Shown: positions 12,528 to 23,298 of the stretch, piece by piece
Layout: each line of letters starts with the position of its first letter
Position numbering within the stretch: the stretch's first letter is position 1
Source of the DNA: Torpedo marmorata
Taxonomy: Eukaryota
Assembly: GCA_977017645.1 (NCBI GenBank)
Contig: OZ360240.1
Span: 45,880,001 to 45,944,000, forward strand
Direction of reading: 5' to 3'
Length of the DNA: 64,000 nt
Made by a program: the position numbers and the translations under genes
Notes under the pieces: model-generated
What the model saw: the letters and a program-made list of their open reading frames with translations, nothing else
Database searches by the model: none
Told to the model about the DNA's origin: nothing

Positions 12528-13441
12528 TTATATAAGCAAACAATGGAGTAAAGTTTCTGTACATTGATGGCTGCTCCTGAATTTAAGCTATTTATTACAA
12601 TCAGGGACAACTTCAGGTCATTATTATATTAATTTATATATTGAAAGGAAAAAGAAAATGCTGGAAATAAGGCTGGGAAGAGAAACAGAGTTAATGTTTC
12701 AAGCTGAAGACCTGGTTTTTCATCTTCTGCCACTTTTGTTTATTCAATTACTTTTGTAATTGCTAAATTTTTATTTAGTTTTGTTTCTGTCTCCTTTCAT
12801 TTGCAAAGACATGCATTTACAATGTGAGGTGCGAGTAGCCCATTCGGTGGATATTATATGAGGTAATACAAGTCCCGTTGTATGTGTGAGGGCAGGGAGA
12901 CTTCCAGCCTGGACTGCACATTTCTCCATTCAAACACTTCATGAGCAACCCATGTTTATCTCTGTATAAATTTGGAGTCTGAAACTGTTTGGATGCAGTG
13001 CTAATTTTAATCATGTGTTTAGCTGTAACTGCACCATTAAGAATGGAAATGATGTCAATATGGGATCATTGGATGGTAACTTTATTTTAAATTTCAGGAA
13101 GTTGATCCATGTGCATTTAACCACAGTTATGAGATAGTTATCATTTGTTGGAGCACGTTCATGCAAGCAATTGTTTATTTTCTCTTTGATGATTTGGAAG
13201 TAAATGTTTTGCTTGGTTGTCTCAGGAAGATCCAAATCTTAGTCCTTGGTCTGTGCTGAGTTAGCTCATCTCTGCCAGAGCACCAGCCAAATCAAACTAA
13301 TTAACCTCACCATCATTCAGTATGGGGAAGGAAATAATGAACATTTCCCATTGCAGATTATTATTGATAATCTCACAAAGTGGACAGATTCAGGATCAAT
13401 GTCTATGTTTTCTTGAGGAAAGATTGGTTACCTCGAAGTGA

Positions 13442-13890
13442 TTAGATTTAGATTTATTGTTAGAGTACATACATGACATCACATATACAACCCTGGGATT
13501 CTTTTTCCTGCGGGCGAGGCAGAATTACCATTTATTGGTAGTGCAAAAAACTAGTCAAGAAGAAACGTATACAGCACATGTAAACAAATAAGGAAATCTA
13601 AACAAACCAACTGTGCAATACAGAGAGAAAAAAAATCAATAAAGTGCAAAAGTAAGAGTCCTTATATGAGTATCTGATTGAGTTTGTTGTTGAGGAGTCT
13701 GATAGTGGAGGGGTAGTAGCTGTTCCTGAACCTGATGGTGTGAGTCCTGTGGCACTGATTGTAGCAGCAAGAAAAGAGTGTGTGTTGGGTGATGTGGATC
13801 CTCGATGATTGCTGCTGCTCTCTGACGGCAGCGTTCCCTGTAGATTCTCTTGATGGTGGGGAGGGTTTTGCCTGTGATGTCCTGGGCTGT
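13442..13890 (-). mobile_element. Rex1/Babar-like subfamily B 3' fragment
   Basis: Homologous to 33013-33765 and 41026-42137; tail ACAATAAATCTAAATCT. Confidence 0.75.
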
Positions 13891-13949
13891 AAGTGGATTA
13901 TTACTCTGCAGGTAAGACCTTGGTGGTTACATTACTAATATTTTAAAAT

Positions 13950-14155
13950 ACCTTTTTTATTTGGAGAAACAGCACGGTAACACACCCTTCCGGCCGCTCA
14001 AATACGCCAGTTAACCTACAAACCCCATATGTCTCTGGAAAATAAGAGGAAATCAGAACACCCAGAGGATAAACACCTTACAGACAGTGCTGATTCAAAC
14101 CCAGGTCACTGGCGCTGTAATAACATTGCACTAACCTCTTCGCTAACCATGCCAC
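13950..14155 (-). mobile_element. tRNA-derived V-SINE (HE1-like), degenerate
   Basis: tRNA-like head with GGGTTTGAATC B-box, partial V-core, CR1-type tail GGGTGTGTTACCGTGCTG. Confidence 0.65.
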
Positions 14156-14159
14156 TCTA

Positions 14160-14424
14160 ATTAAATTAATGTAATTTTAGATTAATTTAGATATACAGCG
14201 TGGTAACAGGCCCTACTGGCCCACGAGCCCGTGCCACCCAAATACACCAATTAACCTACAAACTCAAATATTTTTAGAGAGTGGGAGGAAACCAGAGCAC
14301 CCGGAGGAAACGCATGCAGGCACGGTGAGAACGTACAAACTCCTTACAGACAGCGCCAGTTTTGAACCCAAGTCGCTGGCACTGTAATAGTGTTGTGCTA
14401 ACCGCTACACTAACCACGCCACCT
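14160..14424 (-). mobile_element. tRNA-derived V-SINE (HE1-like)
   Basis: GGTGGCGTGGTTAGTGTAGCGGTTAGC head, GGGTTCAAAAC B-box, V-core GTTTCCTCCGGGTGCTCTGGTTTCCTCCCAC, tail GGGCCTGTTACCACGCTGTATATCTAAATT. Confidence 0.82.
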
Positions 14425-14574
14425 ATTTGGCATCAATAGACCTAGATGATTCGTATGGTCATTGTAATTAGATTAGTTTCTCAATCACCGATGCCTTTAT
14501 TTAGAATAAGACATGCTTTTGCAAGATTGCAAGCATATGCCCACTTTGTTGCTAGTTTATCAGATTACTAATTA

Positions 14575-15399
14575 CACTGGGCAACAATTTTTTTTCAAAA
14601 CATTTGCTTCCTGAAAATAAATTAAGGATTATAATAGACAACTTCAAGCTGAACACAAAGATAATGTCAGATTTGCTGTATCACGTAGGAAATTGGAGAA
14701 ACCTTCAATTAACTTTTATTGAATTTAGCATGTTTAATCGCATAATGATGCTGACACATTACATTAGTTCAACTGATCTAAATATGTTTTGCTGCTGATT
14801 TTCATTCGTACTCAGCATCTGATGCCTCTTAAGTCAGTGTCCAACAATAGTCAGCCAGCATCCAGTTACCCTGATACTGCTTTTCCATGGTCGCAATGTC
14901 CTGGTGAAACCTTTCACCATGTTCGTCACTGACTGCACCAAGATCAGCAGGGAAGAAGTCCAAGTGCGAATGCAAAAAATGAAATTTCAATGACATGTTG
15001 CACTTCATGGTTTTGTATGCTTGAAGCATGTCCAAAATATGGGAGGAAATCACAAAAATAGGTTATATCTAAAAAAAACAATACATTTTCAGGTGATTTT
15101 TGTGATCAGCAGCCAAAATCCATAAAATTTAAATTTTATTTAATTTAGATATATAGCATGGTAACAGGCCCTTCTGGCCCATGAGCCCATGCCACCCAAA
15201 TACCCCAATTAACCTACGACCCCGGTACGTTTTGAAGGGTGGGAGGAAACCCACGCAGACACAGGGAGAACGAACAAGCTGCTTACAGACAGCGCCGGAT
15301 TCGAACCCGGGTCGCTGGCGTTGTAATAGAGTTGTGCTAACCACTACGTTAAACATGCTGCCCAAAAGTGTCAGAAAGCAAAATCTTCATTGTCCAGTG
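14575..15399 (-). mobile_element. Second Chapaev3-like copy, inverted, interrupted by a V-SINE
   Basis: CACTGGGCAA...TTGTCCAGTG ends, TTA/TCA flanks, same transposase remnant (ORF 14829-15053). Confidence 0.78.
15129..15362 (-). mobile_element. V-SINE nested in Chapaev3-like copy 2
   Basis: Same family as 14160-14424 (GGGTTCGAATCC B-box); splits the transposon subterminal sequence. Confidence 0.82.
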
Positions 15400-15484
15400 T
15401 CACTTCATGCTTTTTTTTTAAATCTTGAAAAGATTGGCTGTGAGCTCTATGCTGAAGAGAGATCTTTTGGAAGGAACCAAAAAA

Positions 15485-15665
15485 CCAACTTCTGCGGAAC
15501 TCAATAGGATAGGCAGCATCTGTGAAGGCAAAGGGATAGTTGCCATTTCGGGTCAAGACTGAGGGTGCAAAGGAAAGATAGCTAGTATAAAGAGATCGGG
15601 GCTTGGGAGGAACACGAGCTGGCAAACAATAGGTGGATCGAGGTGAGGAGGAATTGATGGTCATC
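15485..15665 (-). mobile_element. Degenerate Penelope-type terminal fragment
   Basis: Minus strand reads AGTCTTGACCCGAAATG...ACAGATGCTGCC, with a pyrimidine-rich upstream tract. Confidence 0.5.
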
Positions 15666-15670
15666 CAGAT

Positions 15671-16476
15671 GGACAAGATGGCAGCGTTGTCGGAGCTGCC
15701 GTTGGTGCGGACACACGGAAAGTGGGGAGTGGAGTCACAGTGCTCCCGCGGGGTCCAACCGCCCAGTCCGACTGCAGTTTGTTCCATGCAGGCTTTAAAC
15801 TGCCTGTAAATAGAGCCATCGGTGGTTTTATTTGGAAATCCTGCGACCGCGGGGTCTGCATCCAAGTTGGCGGCGCCTATGATTGACAGCAGCCACGAGG
15901 TGTTGCAGACTCCAGGGAAGCAGAGAACTGGCACAGGGCACCAGAAAACAGGGAGACCACCACCCCCCCCTCCCCCCCCAATTTGAGAAGGAGAAGCAGA
16001 GGAGATGACCCACGGGACGGTGACTGCAGCGGACCAGTGAGGGGTTCTGCGGTTGAAGAAACACATAGGCAGTGGGCTGTTAGTGACTTGAGGTGAGGAA
16101 CCCACGCAGGCTGCTGGCGACTGCGATCGAGGGATCCATACTGGGCTACGGACTGCTGTAGACTGGCTGAAGGTGAGCCAGGTATCGGAGCTGGGATGCG
16201 AGAGAGTGCCGAGGGTGCTGAAGGGTTCCTGATTGTGTCGGAGGTTTGGACCTGGAGCTCGGGCTGCTGATGGTTTGGACTGGAATCTGTGTGGCTGCGG
16301 GGCCTGCGGCAGCACTGGAGGCGAATTCACGGACACTCGGTGACTCTGGGGGGACTCTCATTTGCTTCTCTTTCTCTTACTGTAAGAGGCGCTTCAGGGA
16401 AGCCTTATGGCAGACGAAAACAAATTCCATGTAATATTGCACTCTTTATTATATAACAATAAAGGAATTTGAATCT
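15671..16476 (+). mobile_element. Unclassified GC-rich non-coding retroposon-like element with Rex1-type 3' tail
   Basis: Starts CAAGATGGCAGCG, has a CpG-rich body, and ends AATTCCATG...ACAATAAAGGAATTTGAATCT. Confidence 0.5.
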
Positions 16477-18116
16477 ATTGAAACGCTATCTATTGAGTGC
16501 TCCAAATGCAATATACTTTAAAGAGCAACGTGAATATCTGGAATATTGTATAAACCTATGTCTGTTAGATGAGTGTACTGTAAATACCCATTTCTTTTTG
16601 TTCTCCTTTTAAACCCACTTGGTCTAGATTACTTTAGTTCCATGGGTAAGTCGCAAATCCACAACCTTTTAAGTGGTTGACTGAGATCAGGATAAGCTTT
16701 CAGTAAAATGCGCACAGGAACAGCAAATCCTCTTTGGTCACTGATCATAGGAACAGTATTTAATGCCTTTGTAAATCAGCACAAATAATGCACCGCAATG
16801 GATCTTTTTATCCAGATCAAAGTAATGATGTGAATAATTTTCAAATAATCTAGTAAATAATTCAGTAACAATGGAATAAAGAAAGGGAAGATAGATTATG
16901 CAAGTAAACTCACACAAAATTTAAAAAAGATAACAAAAATTGTAATAATTACAGAAAGATTTTCTACTATAATGAACATAGGTCCTTTGAAAGATGAGAA
17001 GGGGGGCAGGGGCATTAATATTGGGTAATGCAGAAATGGCCGAGGCCTTGATCAACTATTTTATATCAGTCTACACGGTGGAAGACAGGTCCAACATGCC
17101 AAAGAGAGATGTTATGGATGCGATGGGAGGTGAGGACCTCGATACAATCACCATCATTAAAGAGTAGTGCTCAGCAAACTAGTAGGACTAAAAATAGATA
17201 AGTCCCCTGGTCCTGATGGAATGCATCCCTGGGTACAGAAAGAAATGGCGGAAGTTATAGATAATTTACCAAAATAGTCTGAAATCTGGGCAGGTCCCAG
17301 TGGAATGAAAGACAGCAAATGTCATGTTATTGTTTAAATAAGAATATTGCAAAAAAACAGATAGCTATAAACCTGTTAGCTTAACATCTGTAGTTGGGAA
17401 CATTAAGATAAGGAAGAAATTGGGATGGAAATTTATCTATCAGGAAGAGCATTCCTGTTTGACTAATTTACTGGAGTTATTTGAGGATATAACAAGCACA
17501 GTGGATAGAAGATGGATGTTGTATGCTTGAATTCCAGAAGGCATTCAATCAGGTGCCACATAAAAGATATCCAGAAGATAAGGATGCATGGAGTTCAGGG
17601 TAATGTATTTGCATGGATTGCTTAACCAATAGAAGGCAGAGATTTGGGATGAATGGGTGTTTGTGTGGTTGGCAATCAATTGTGAGTGGAGTGCCATTAG
17701 GCCCACAACTGTTCATGATATACATCAGAAAGAGGGAACCTAGTGTATCTAAGTTTGCTGCTGACACTAATTGAGTAGAAAAGCAAAATGTGCAGAGGAT
17801 GCAGATAGTCTGAAGAAAGATAAAGATAGGTTAAGTGAATGGCAAGGGTCTGGTAGATGGAGTACAAGGGACTTACAGTAGGAGTGCTTGTGCATAAATC
17901 ATAACTGGTTAGTTTGCAAGTGTAACAGGGAATCAAGACGGCAGATGGCCTTAATTGCTGGAGGGATTCAATTTAAGAGCTGGGAGGTTCTGCTGCAACT
18001 GTATTGGGTACGGATCAGGCCGCACCTGGAGTATTGCATGCAGAGAAAAAATATACCTGCTTTGGAGGTGATGCAGAGAAAGCTAACCAGGTTGATTCCA
18101 CAGGTTAGGATTTTAT

Positions 18117-18323
18117 TCTGATCTCGGAAGCTTAGCAGGCACAGGAATGGTCAGTACTTGGAGGGGAGACCGCCTAGGAACACCAGGTGCTGGTGGTTTC
18201 TGTGAGGGGCGCTGGACAAAGTAGCGACTCTCTGCCTTACAGTAGACAAAAATTAAAGAATTTCATGTATGTTACATTCTAAAAATGTAGTATTACGTGA
18301 CAATAATGGAACCTTTACCTTTT
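18117..18323 (+). mobile_element. 5S rRNA-derived SINE (SINE3-type), 5'-truncated
   Basis: 18117-18199 aligns to the 3' two-thirds of vertebrate 5S rRNA (TCTGATCTCGGAAGCT.AGCAGG...AGTACTTGGA.GGGAGACCGCCT.GGAA.ACC.GGTGCTG). It continues into a non-5S body and a TGACAATAATGGAACCTTTACCTTT tail. Confidence 0.8.
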
Positions 18324-18434
18324 TCTGTACGTGTGTATGTCTGGTTGTGTGTCTGCGTGTTTTGCACCAAGGACCGGAGAACGCTGTTTCATCGGGTTGT
18401 ACTTGTACAATCAGATGACAATAAACTTGACTTG
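18324..18434 (+). mobile_element. Short Rex1-like 3' tail fragment
   Basis: Ends ATGACAATAAACTTGACTTG. Confidence 0.5.
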
Positions 18435-19225
18435 GGATCTTATAGAAAAAGATAAAATTGTGAAAGAGATAGATGACAAAGAGGCAGGAAAGATTTTTCC
18501 ACTGGTAGATGAGACAAGAACTAAGGGACAAAGCCTCAAAATTCAGGGGAGTGGATATAGAACAAATGAGGAGTTACTTTTTCCAGAGAGTAGTGAATCT
18601 GTGGAATTCTCTGCCCAAGGAAGCAGTAGAGGTTGTTTCATTAAATATATTTAAGACACAATTAGATAGTTGTTTTTTTTTTTGCAATACTGGGGGAATT
18701 AAGGGTTAAGAAGTAAAGGCAGGTAGGTGGAGCCGAGTCTACTTCTGATCAGTCATGATCTTATTGAATGGCGGAGCAGACTTGATGGGCCAGATGGCCA
18801 ACTCCTGCTCCTATTTCTTATGTTCTCATGTTTTTGTGCCTTTTTCTGTTGTTGTAGCATCAATTATTTCTAAATTGATCTTATTACAGTATCTGCATGC
18901 ATTTGAAAACTGTATTTTTGTCTCTGCTTCAAGCTCTAAAGATATCAACAATAAATCTGCCATCAATGTATCTAATTAAAAATCTTGATTCTACCTACTT
19001 TCAAGTCTGCTCATAATAACTGGGTTTTAAAGAGACAGGAACTAAGTCAATACACAAGTCAATCTGGCATGGACAAGCTGGGCCTGTTTCTGTACTGTAA
19101 AGCTCAATGATAAACAATCAAGTTACTTTGTTATTATGCAATTTGCAGTATTATTTTGCTTCACACTTTAAATAAACTAAAATGTTTTTGAGTAAGATTT
19201 AGCCCTGTGATGGTCAGGGGTAGAA

Positions 19226-20243
19226 CCTCTGCAACTGGATCCTTGACTTTCTCATCGGAAGTCCCCAGTCAGTACGAATTGGAAACAACGTCTCCTCCTC
19301 ACTGATTATCAACACAGGCGCACCCCAAGGATGTGTGCTTAGTCCTCTGCTCTACTCATTATACACCCATGACTGTGTGGCCAGGCACAATTCCAATGCC
19401 ATCTACAAGTTTGCCGATGACACCACAGTTGTCGGCAGAATCACAAACGGCAATGAGGAAGCGTACAGGAGGGAGATAGATCAGCTCGTTGAATGGTGTA
19501 ATGGCAACAACCTTGAGCTCAATGTCAGAAAAACCAAGGAGATGATTGTGGACTTCAGGAGGAAGTCAGGGGAACACGACCCAGTCCTCATCGAGGGCTC
19601 AGTAGTGGAGAGGGTCAAGAACTTCAAATTCCTGGGTGTCAACATCTCCGAGGATCTGTCCTGGAGCATCCACGTTGATGCAATCACAAAGAAGGCTCGT
19701 CAGCGGCTATACTTTGTGAGGTGTCTGCGGAGATTCGGTATGTCACCAAAGACTCTTGTAAACTTCTACAGGTGTACCGTGGAGAGCATTCTGGCTGGTT
19801 GCATCACTGCCTGGTATGGAGGCACCAACTCCCAGGACAAGAGTAAACTCCAGAGGGTTGTTAACTCGGCCTGTGACATCACAGGCACCAAACTTCACTC
19901 CATCGAGGACATCAACATGAGGCGGTGTCTTAAAAAAGCAGCCTCTATCCTCAAAGACCCCCACCACCCAGGCCATGCCCTCTTCACTCTGCTTCCATCG
20001 GGAAAAAGGTACAGGAGCCTAAAGAAGAGCACTCAACCGCACAAGGACAGCTTCTTCCCCGCTGCCATCAGATTCCTGAATAATCAATGAACCAAAGACA
20101 CTGCCTTACTTTTCATGCACTATTGTTTATAATTTTTTATAGTAATGTCGTAAGATGGTTAATATGAATGTTAATTGCACTATGATGCTGCCGCAAAACA
20201 CCGAATTTCATGACTTGTTCATAACAATAAATTTTGATTCTGA
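19226..20243 (+). mobile_element. 5'-truncated Rex1/Babar copy with open RT C-terminal frame
   Basis: ORF 19335-20090 is nearly identical to the C-terminal half of 7609-9258; tail AATAAATTTTGATTCTGA. Confidence 0.92.
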
Positions 20244-22124
20244 TATACTGTATGTGTAATTGAAAAATCAAATTTTAGATGTACTCAGAATCATGGCACA
20301 CAAACTAATAAATGCATAAATCTTGAATCAATTAAGGAGACCAGTACAGATAACACAAAACCTGCTGAGCCAAATTACTTACATTAAGCATGGTTTAAAG
20401 TATCACTTTATATTGTACGTATATAATACTGCTGTAACCTCATTCTCTGAATATAGCAGAGTTCTGGATTTTTAACTGCATGAACTATGAATCATATTCA
20501 TTCTAGCCAACGAGAGCGGAAGTGACAAACACCATTGCATAACTCAGGGCTGAAGATCCCAGAGATGAAATGTCAGCTAAATGTACCACCCTATTTGTCC
20601 TTCCCTTCAGTAATATTGGCCTTTGGGAGAAACCTTGGGTATAAACAGCAGTTAAAAAATACCATTGGAAATAACTTTTCTGTCACACCCTTGCTGTAAA
20701 TATTAATCTGTTAATTATTTATCTGGTTTCTAGACTCAAGCCTGTGAAAACATGCCTACCTCTAAAACCGCTCCTAAATTGTCCTTCTGGTGGTTAAGTC
20801 AGTAAGTTTAAACATACTTTTATTTGTTTTCTAATCTTAAACCTTTGTACCCTTATAAGTATATTGTATCAGTAATAAAAGAGTGGATTTTTATCACTGC
20901 ATTAGCTTTATTCAAAAATACCAGGAATTACGAAAACTCCTGTGGTTCAATATAGGTCTTTAAATTTACTTGGATATATTTGAACCTTCGGAATTAACAT
21001 TCTTTTTAAATAGACAAATGACTGCACTTGACAACTGAAAATTTCTTTGAAGGTTTAAAAGTATGAGTATACATGCAAGAAAAGCACAAGAAATATTGAC
21101 AGGCAGTTGTTCATATAAATGACAATGAATTCTGACTAGCCAGAACAGAAAGACCCTGGCAATACAGTTTTGCAACTGATAGCACGTCAAAGAACAGTGT
21201 GTACCTGGAAAAAGGGCATATTTATCTGTGTAGAGACTGTACTAAACCCTATTACAAAACAAATAGCAAGTCATTTTAGAGTCTCATTGTCTCAATTAAA
21301 GATTATCTTTAGCACTCAAATATTTAATTATTATCCAATTTCATGTAATTAGGATTGGTGAGTTTATTGTTTCTAGAATTTTAGCTATTACTCATCAATA
21401 TATTGAGAGAAATGCAGTTAATCTTGAAGCTCCAAACACAGGGCAGAATGAAGACTGAGCATGAAAAGGCATTTTTTTTTCTCTATACAGGTGTTTAGTT
21501 TTGCAAATTAGCACCAATGAGATTTTAGGATTCAAATTGAATTGATTCTGTTAATGCATCAATAAAAAACATAAAATGGTCATGTTTTCAAATTTTAGCT
21601 CAGCTCCTAGAAAACATGATTCTACCTGCAAGGAAGCAGAAGCATTTCACACCGTTGAACCTTTATTCATATCATTTACACATTTTTTAAAAAAGTGTGG
21701 GGGGGGGGGGGGGAGTGTGTGCTCTATATTCATGCAACATATCAGATAATCAGACCTCACATCCAAACTGTTTGGAACATGGCAGGCACTGTTTTAGAGT
21801 AGTTAAGAGCTACAGCATGGAAACAGTCCTCTGAGTTCACACTCACCATCAACTGTCCATTCCAATTTGCTCAACTCTAACATCTCCTCAATTGTTTCCA
21901 TTAATCAAACACATCTTTACCTTGTTTATATTGTCATTCTCCAAAGAAATTCCCAGCACTATTTGTTCTTTGATGAACATAATTTGATCTTTCATGTTTT
22001 AACACATGACCTTACCTTGCCATTACTTTGAGTTATCTTGCCATGAGGCTGGCATTAGAGTAATGCAGGCATCAAGCAGATCATTCACAACAGGTTGGTT
22101 TAGAATTAAGTGGGAAGTAACATA

Positions 22125-22437
22125 CAGGTAGTCCCTGACTTACAACCTATGTGACTTATGGCCATCTGTACATATGACCGAAATTTAAAAAATAAAAAAA
22201 TAAAGAAAAAATATATGTAAATGTACAAATTATGCTTTTGGGGTGAAAGTAGGGGCCTACCTATGCAAAATAGCGCCTATGGCAGGGGTGGCCAACCTCT
22301 CGCGGGAGCTGGCCTTGGTGGCAGCCATGTTGTATTTGACAAACGATAAAACAGATAGTGAATTTCCAATTTACGTCCATTTCGAGATACGACCTGTCAG
22401 TCAGAACGGAACACGGTTATAAGTTGAGTACTATCTG
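22125..22437. mobile_element. Tc1/mariner (Tigger/pogo-like) MITE
   Basis: Imperfect TIRs CAGGTAGTCCCTGACTTACAACC / (rc) CAGATAGTACTCAACTTATAACC, with TA on both flanks. Confidence 0.72.
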
Positions 22438-22486
22438 TATTTCACTTTTTGTACACTGATTTCAGCACGGCCAACAGAATGGGTAC

Positions 22487-22760
22487 AAACAAGGACTGCA
22501 GATGCTGGAAAACTGGAGCAATGTACAACATGCTGAGGGGTTGGCTTTCCAGATGCTGCAGCTCTACAACAGTGTTCACCTTTCATCTGCCAGTCTGTGT
22601 TTCTCCACCTCCCACTATCCTTTTAATCTGGCCTCTCCTCCCCCCCCCCCCATAGATCCTGATGAAAGGTCCCAACCCCAAAAATTGACTGTGTATTGCC
22701 TTCCATGGATGCTGCCAAGCCTGCTGAGTTCATCCAGCATTTTGTGTGTTGCTCCATATT
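22487..22760. mobile_element. Penelope-type element with short inverted end and 10-bp TSD
   Basis: GAATGGGTAC at 22477-22486 and 22761-22770; CTGATGA core at 22659-22665; CCTGCTGAGTTCATCCAGCATTTTGTG family motif. Confidence 0.72.
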
Positions 22761-23288
22761 GAATGGGTACTTCTCACCTTGTCTTGTATTTTCCCCACTC
22801 TTAGCTGGGTGAAAATTCTCTCCCGGGAATAGAGCATTAAAGCTTCATATTACAATTCTCCCTTCCCAGATTGATAAGCAACATTGTTGCATAATCTGTG
22901 AAAGATTAGTTGTGTTTGATACTTAGTTTTATTCACAAACTTCCCACATAAAAGCTTTTGAAGGTCGTCAGGGGAAACCAACACAATTGTTAAAGATATA
23001 GATCATTCGAATAGAGAAAGGCCTCTGCATTATTCAATTGTTTTTAAAATCATGATATTGATAAATGGAATACAAAACATGTTTTTGTCACTTCCAAATT
23101 AATATCTCCTCTTCTGGATTTATTCAGATTATTTGTATTTGATGCAACATGCAACAGAATGTAATGAAAATAAAACATGTCAAATAATTTATACCACTTT
23201 TAGATGGAAGGTAAAGAATTACGTGTATTATGGTGGTGAATAAATATTTCATTTCCAAAAAAAAGACCATCAATTTGGTAAAATATAT

Positions 23289-23298
23289 TTTATTTATT
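23289..23298 (-). terminator. Candidate polyadenylation signal (overlapping AATAAA pair) for HS3ST3B1-like mRNA
   Basis: AATAAATAAA on the minus strand ~2.5 kb after the stop, in AU-rich UTR-like sequence. Alternative AATAAA sites lie at ~23505 and ~23756. Confidence 0.3.

Larger units (their letters stand above)
16915..18830 (+). mobile_element. Degraded 5'-truncated CR1 LINE (same family as 355-3902) with nested inserts
   Basis: Colinear with 2060-3900 (GGTCCTGATGGAATGCATCCC, AAGTTTGCTGCTGACACT, FFQRVVNLWNSLP, TTCTTATGTTCTCATG tail). Confidence 0.88.

Noticed and set aside
14340-14424. tRNA gene
   Set aside because: tRNA-like SINE head continuing into V-core; no full cloverleaf.
15371-16336. 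321-aa minus-strand ORF
   Set aside because: Non-ATG start, low-complexity, and crosses the boundaries of unrelated repeats; explained by GC richness.
18117-18199. Functional 5S rRNA gene
   Set aside because: Lacks the 5' ~38 nt, is diverged, is not in a tandem array and runs into a retroposon tail.
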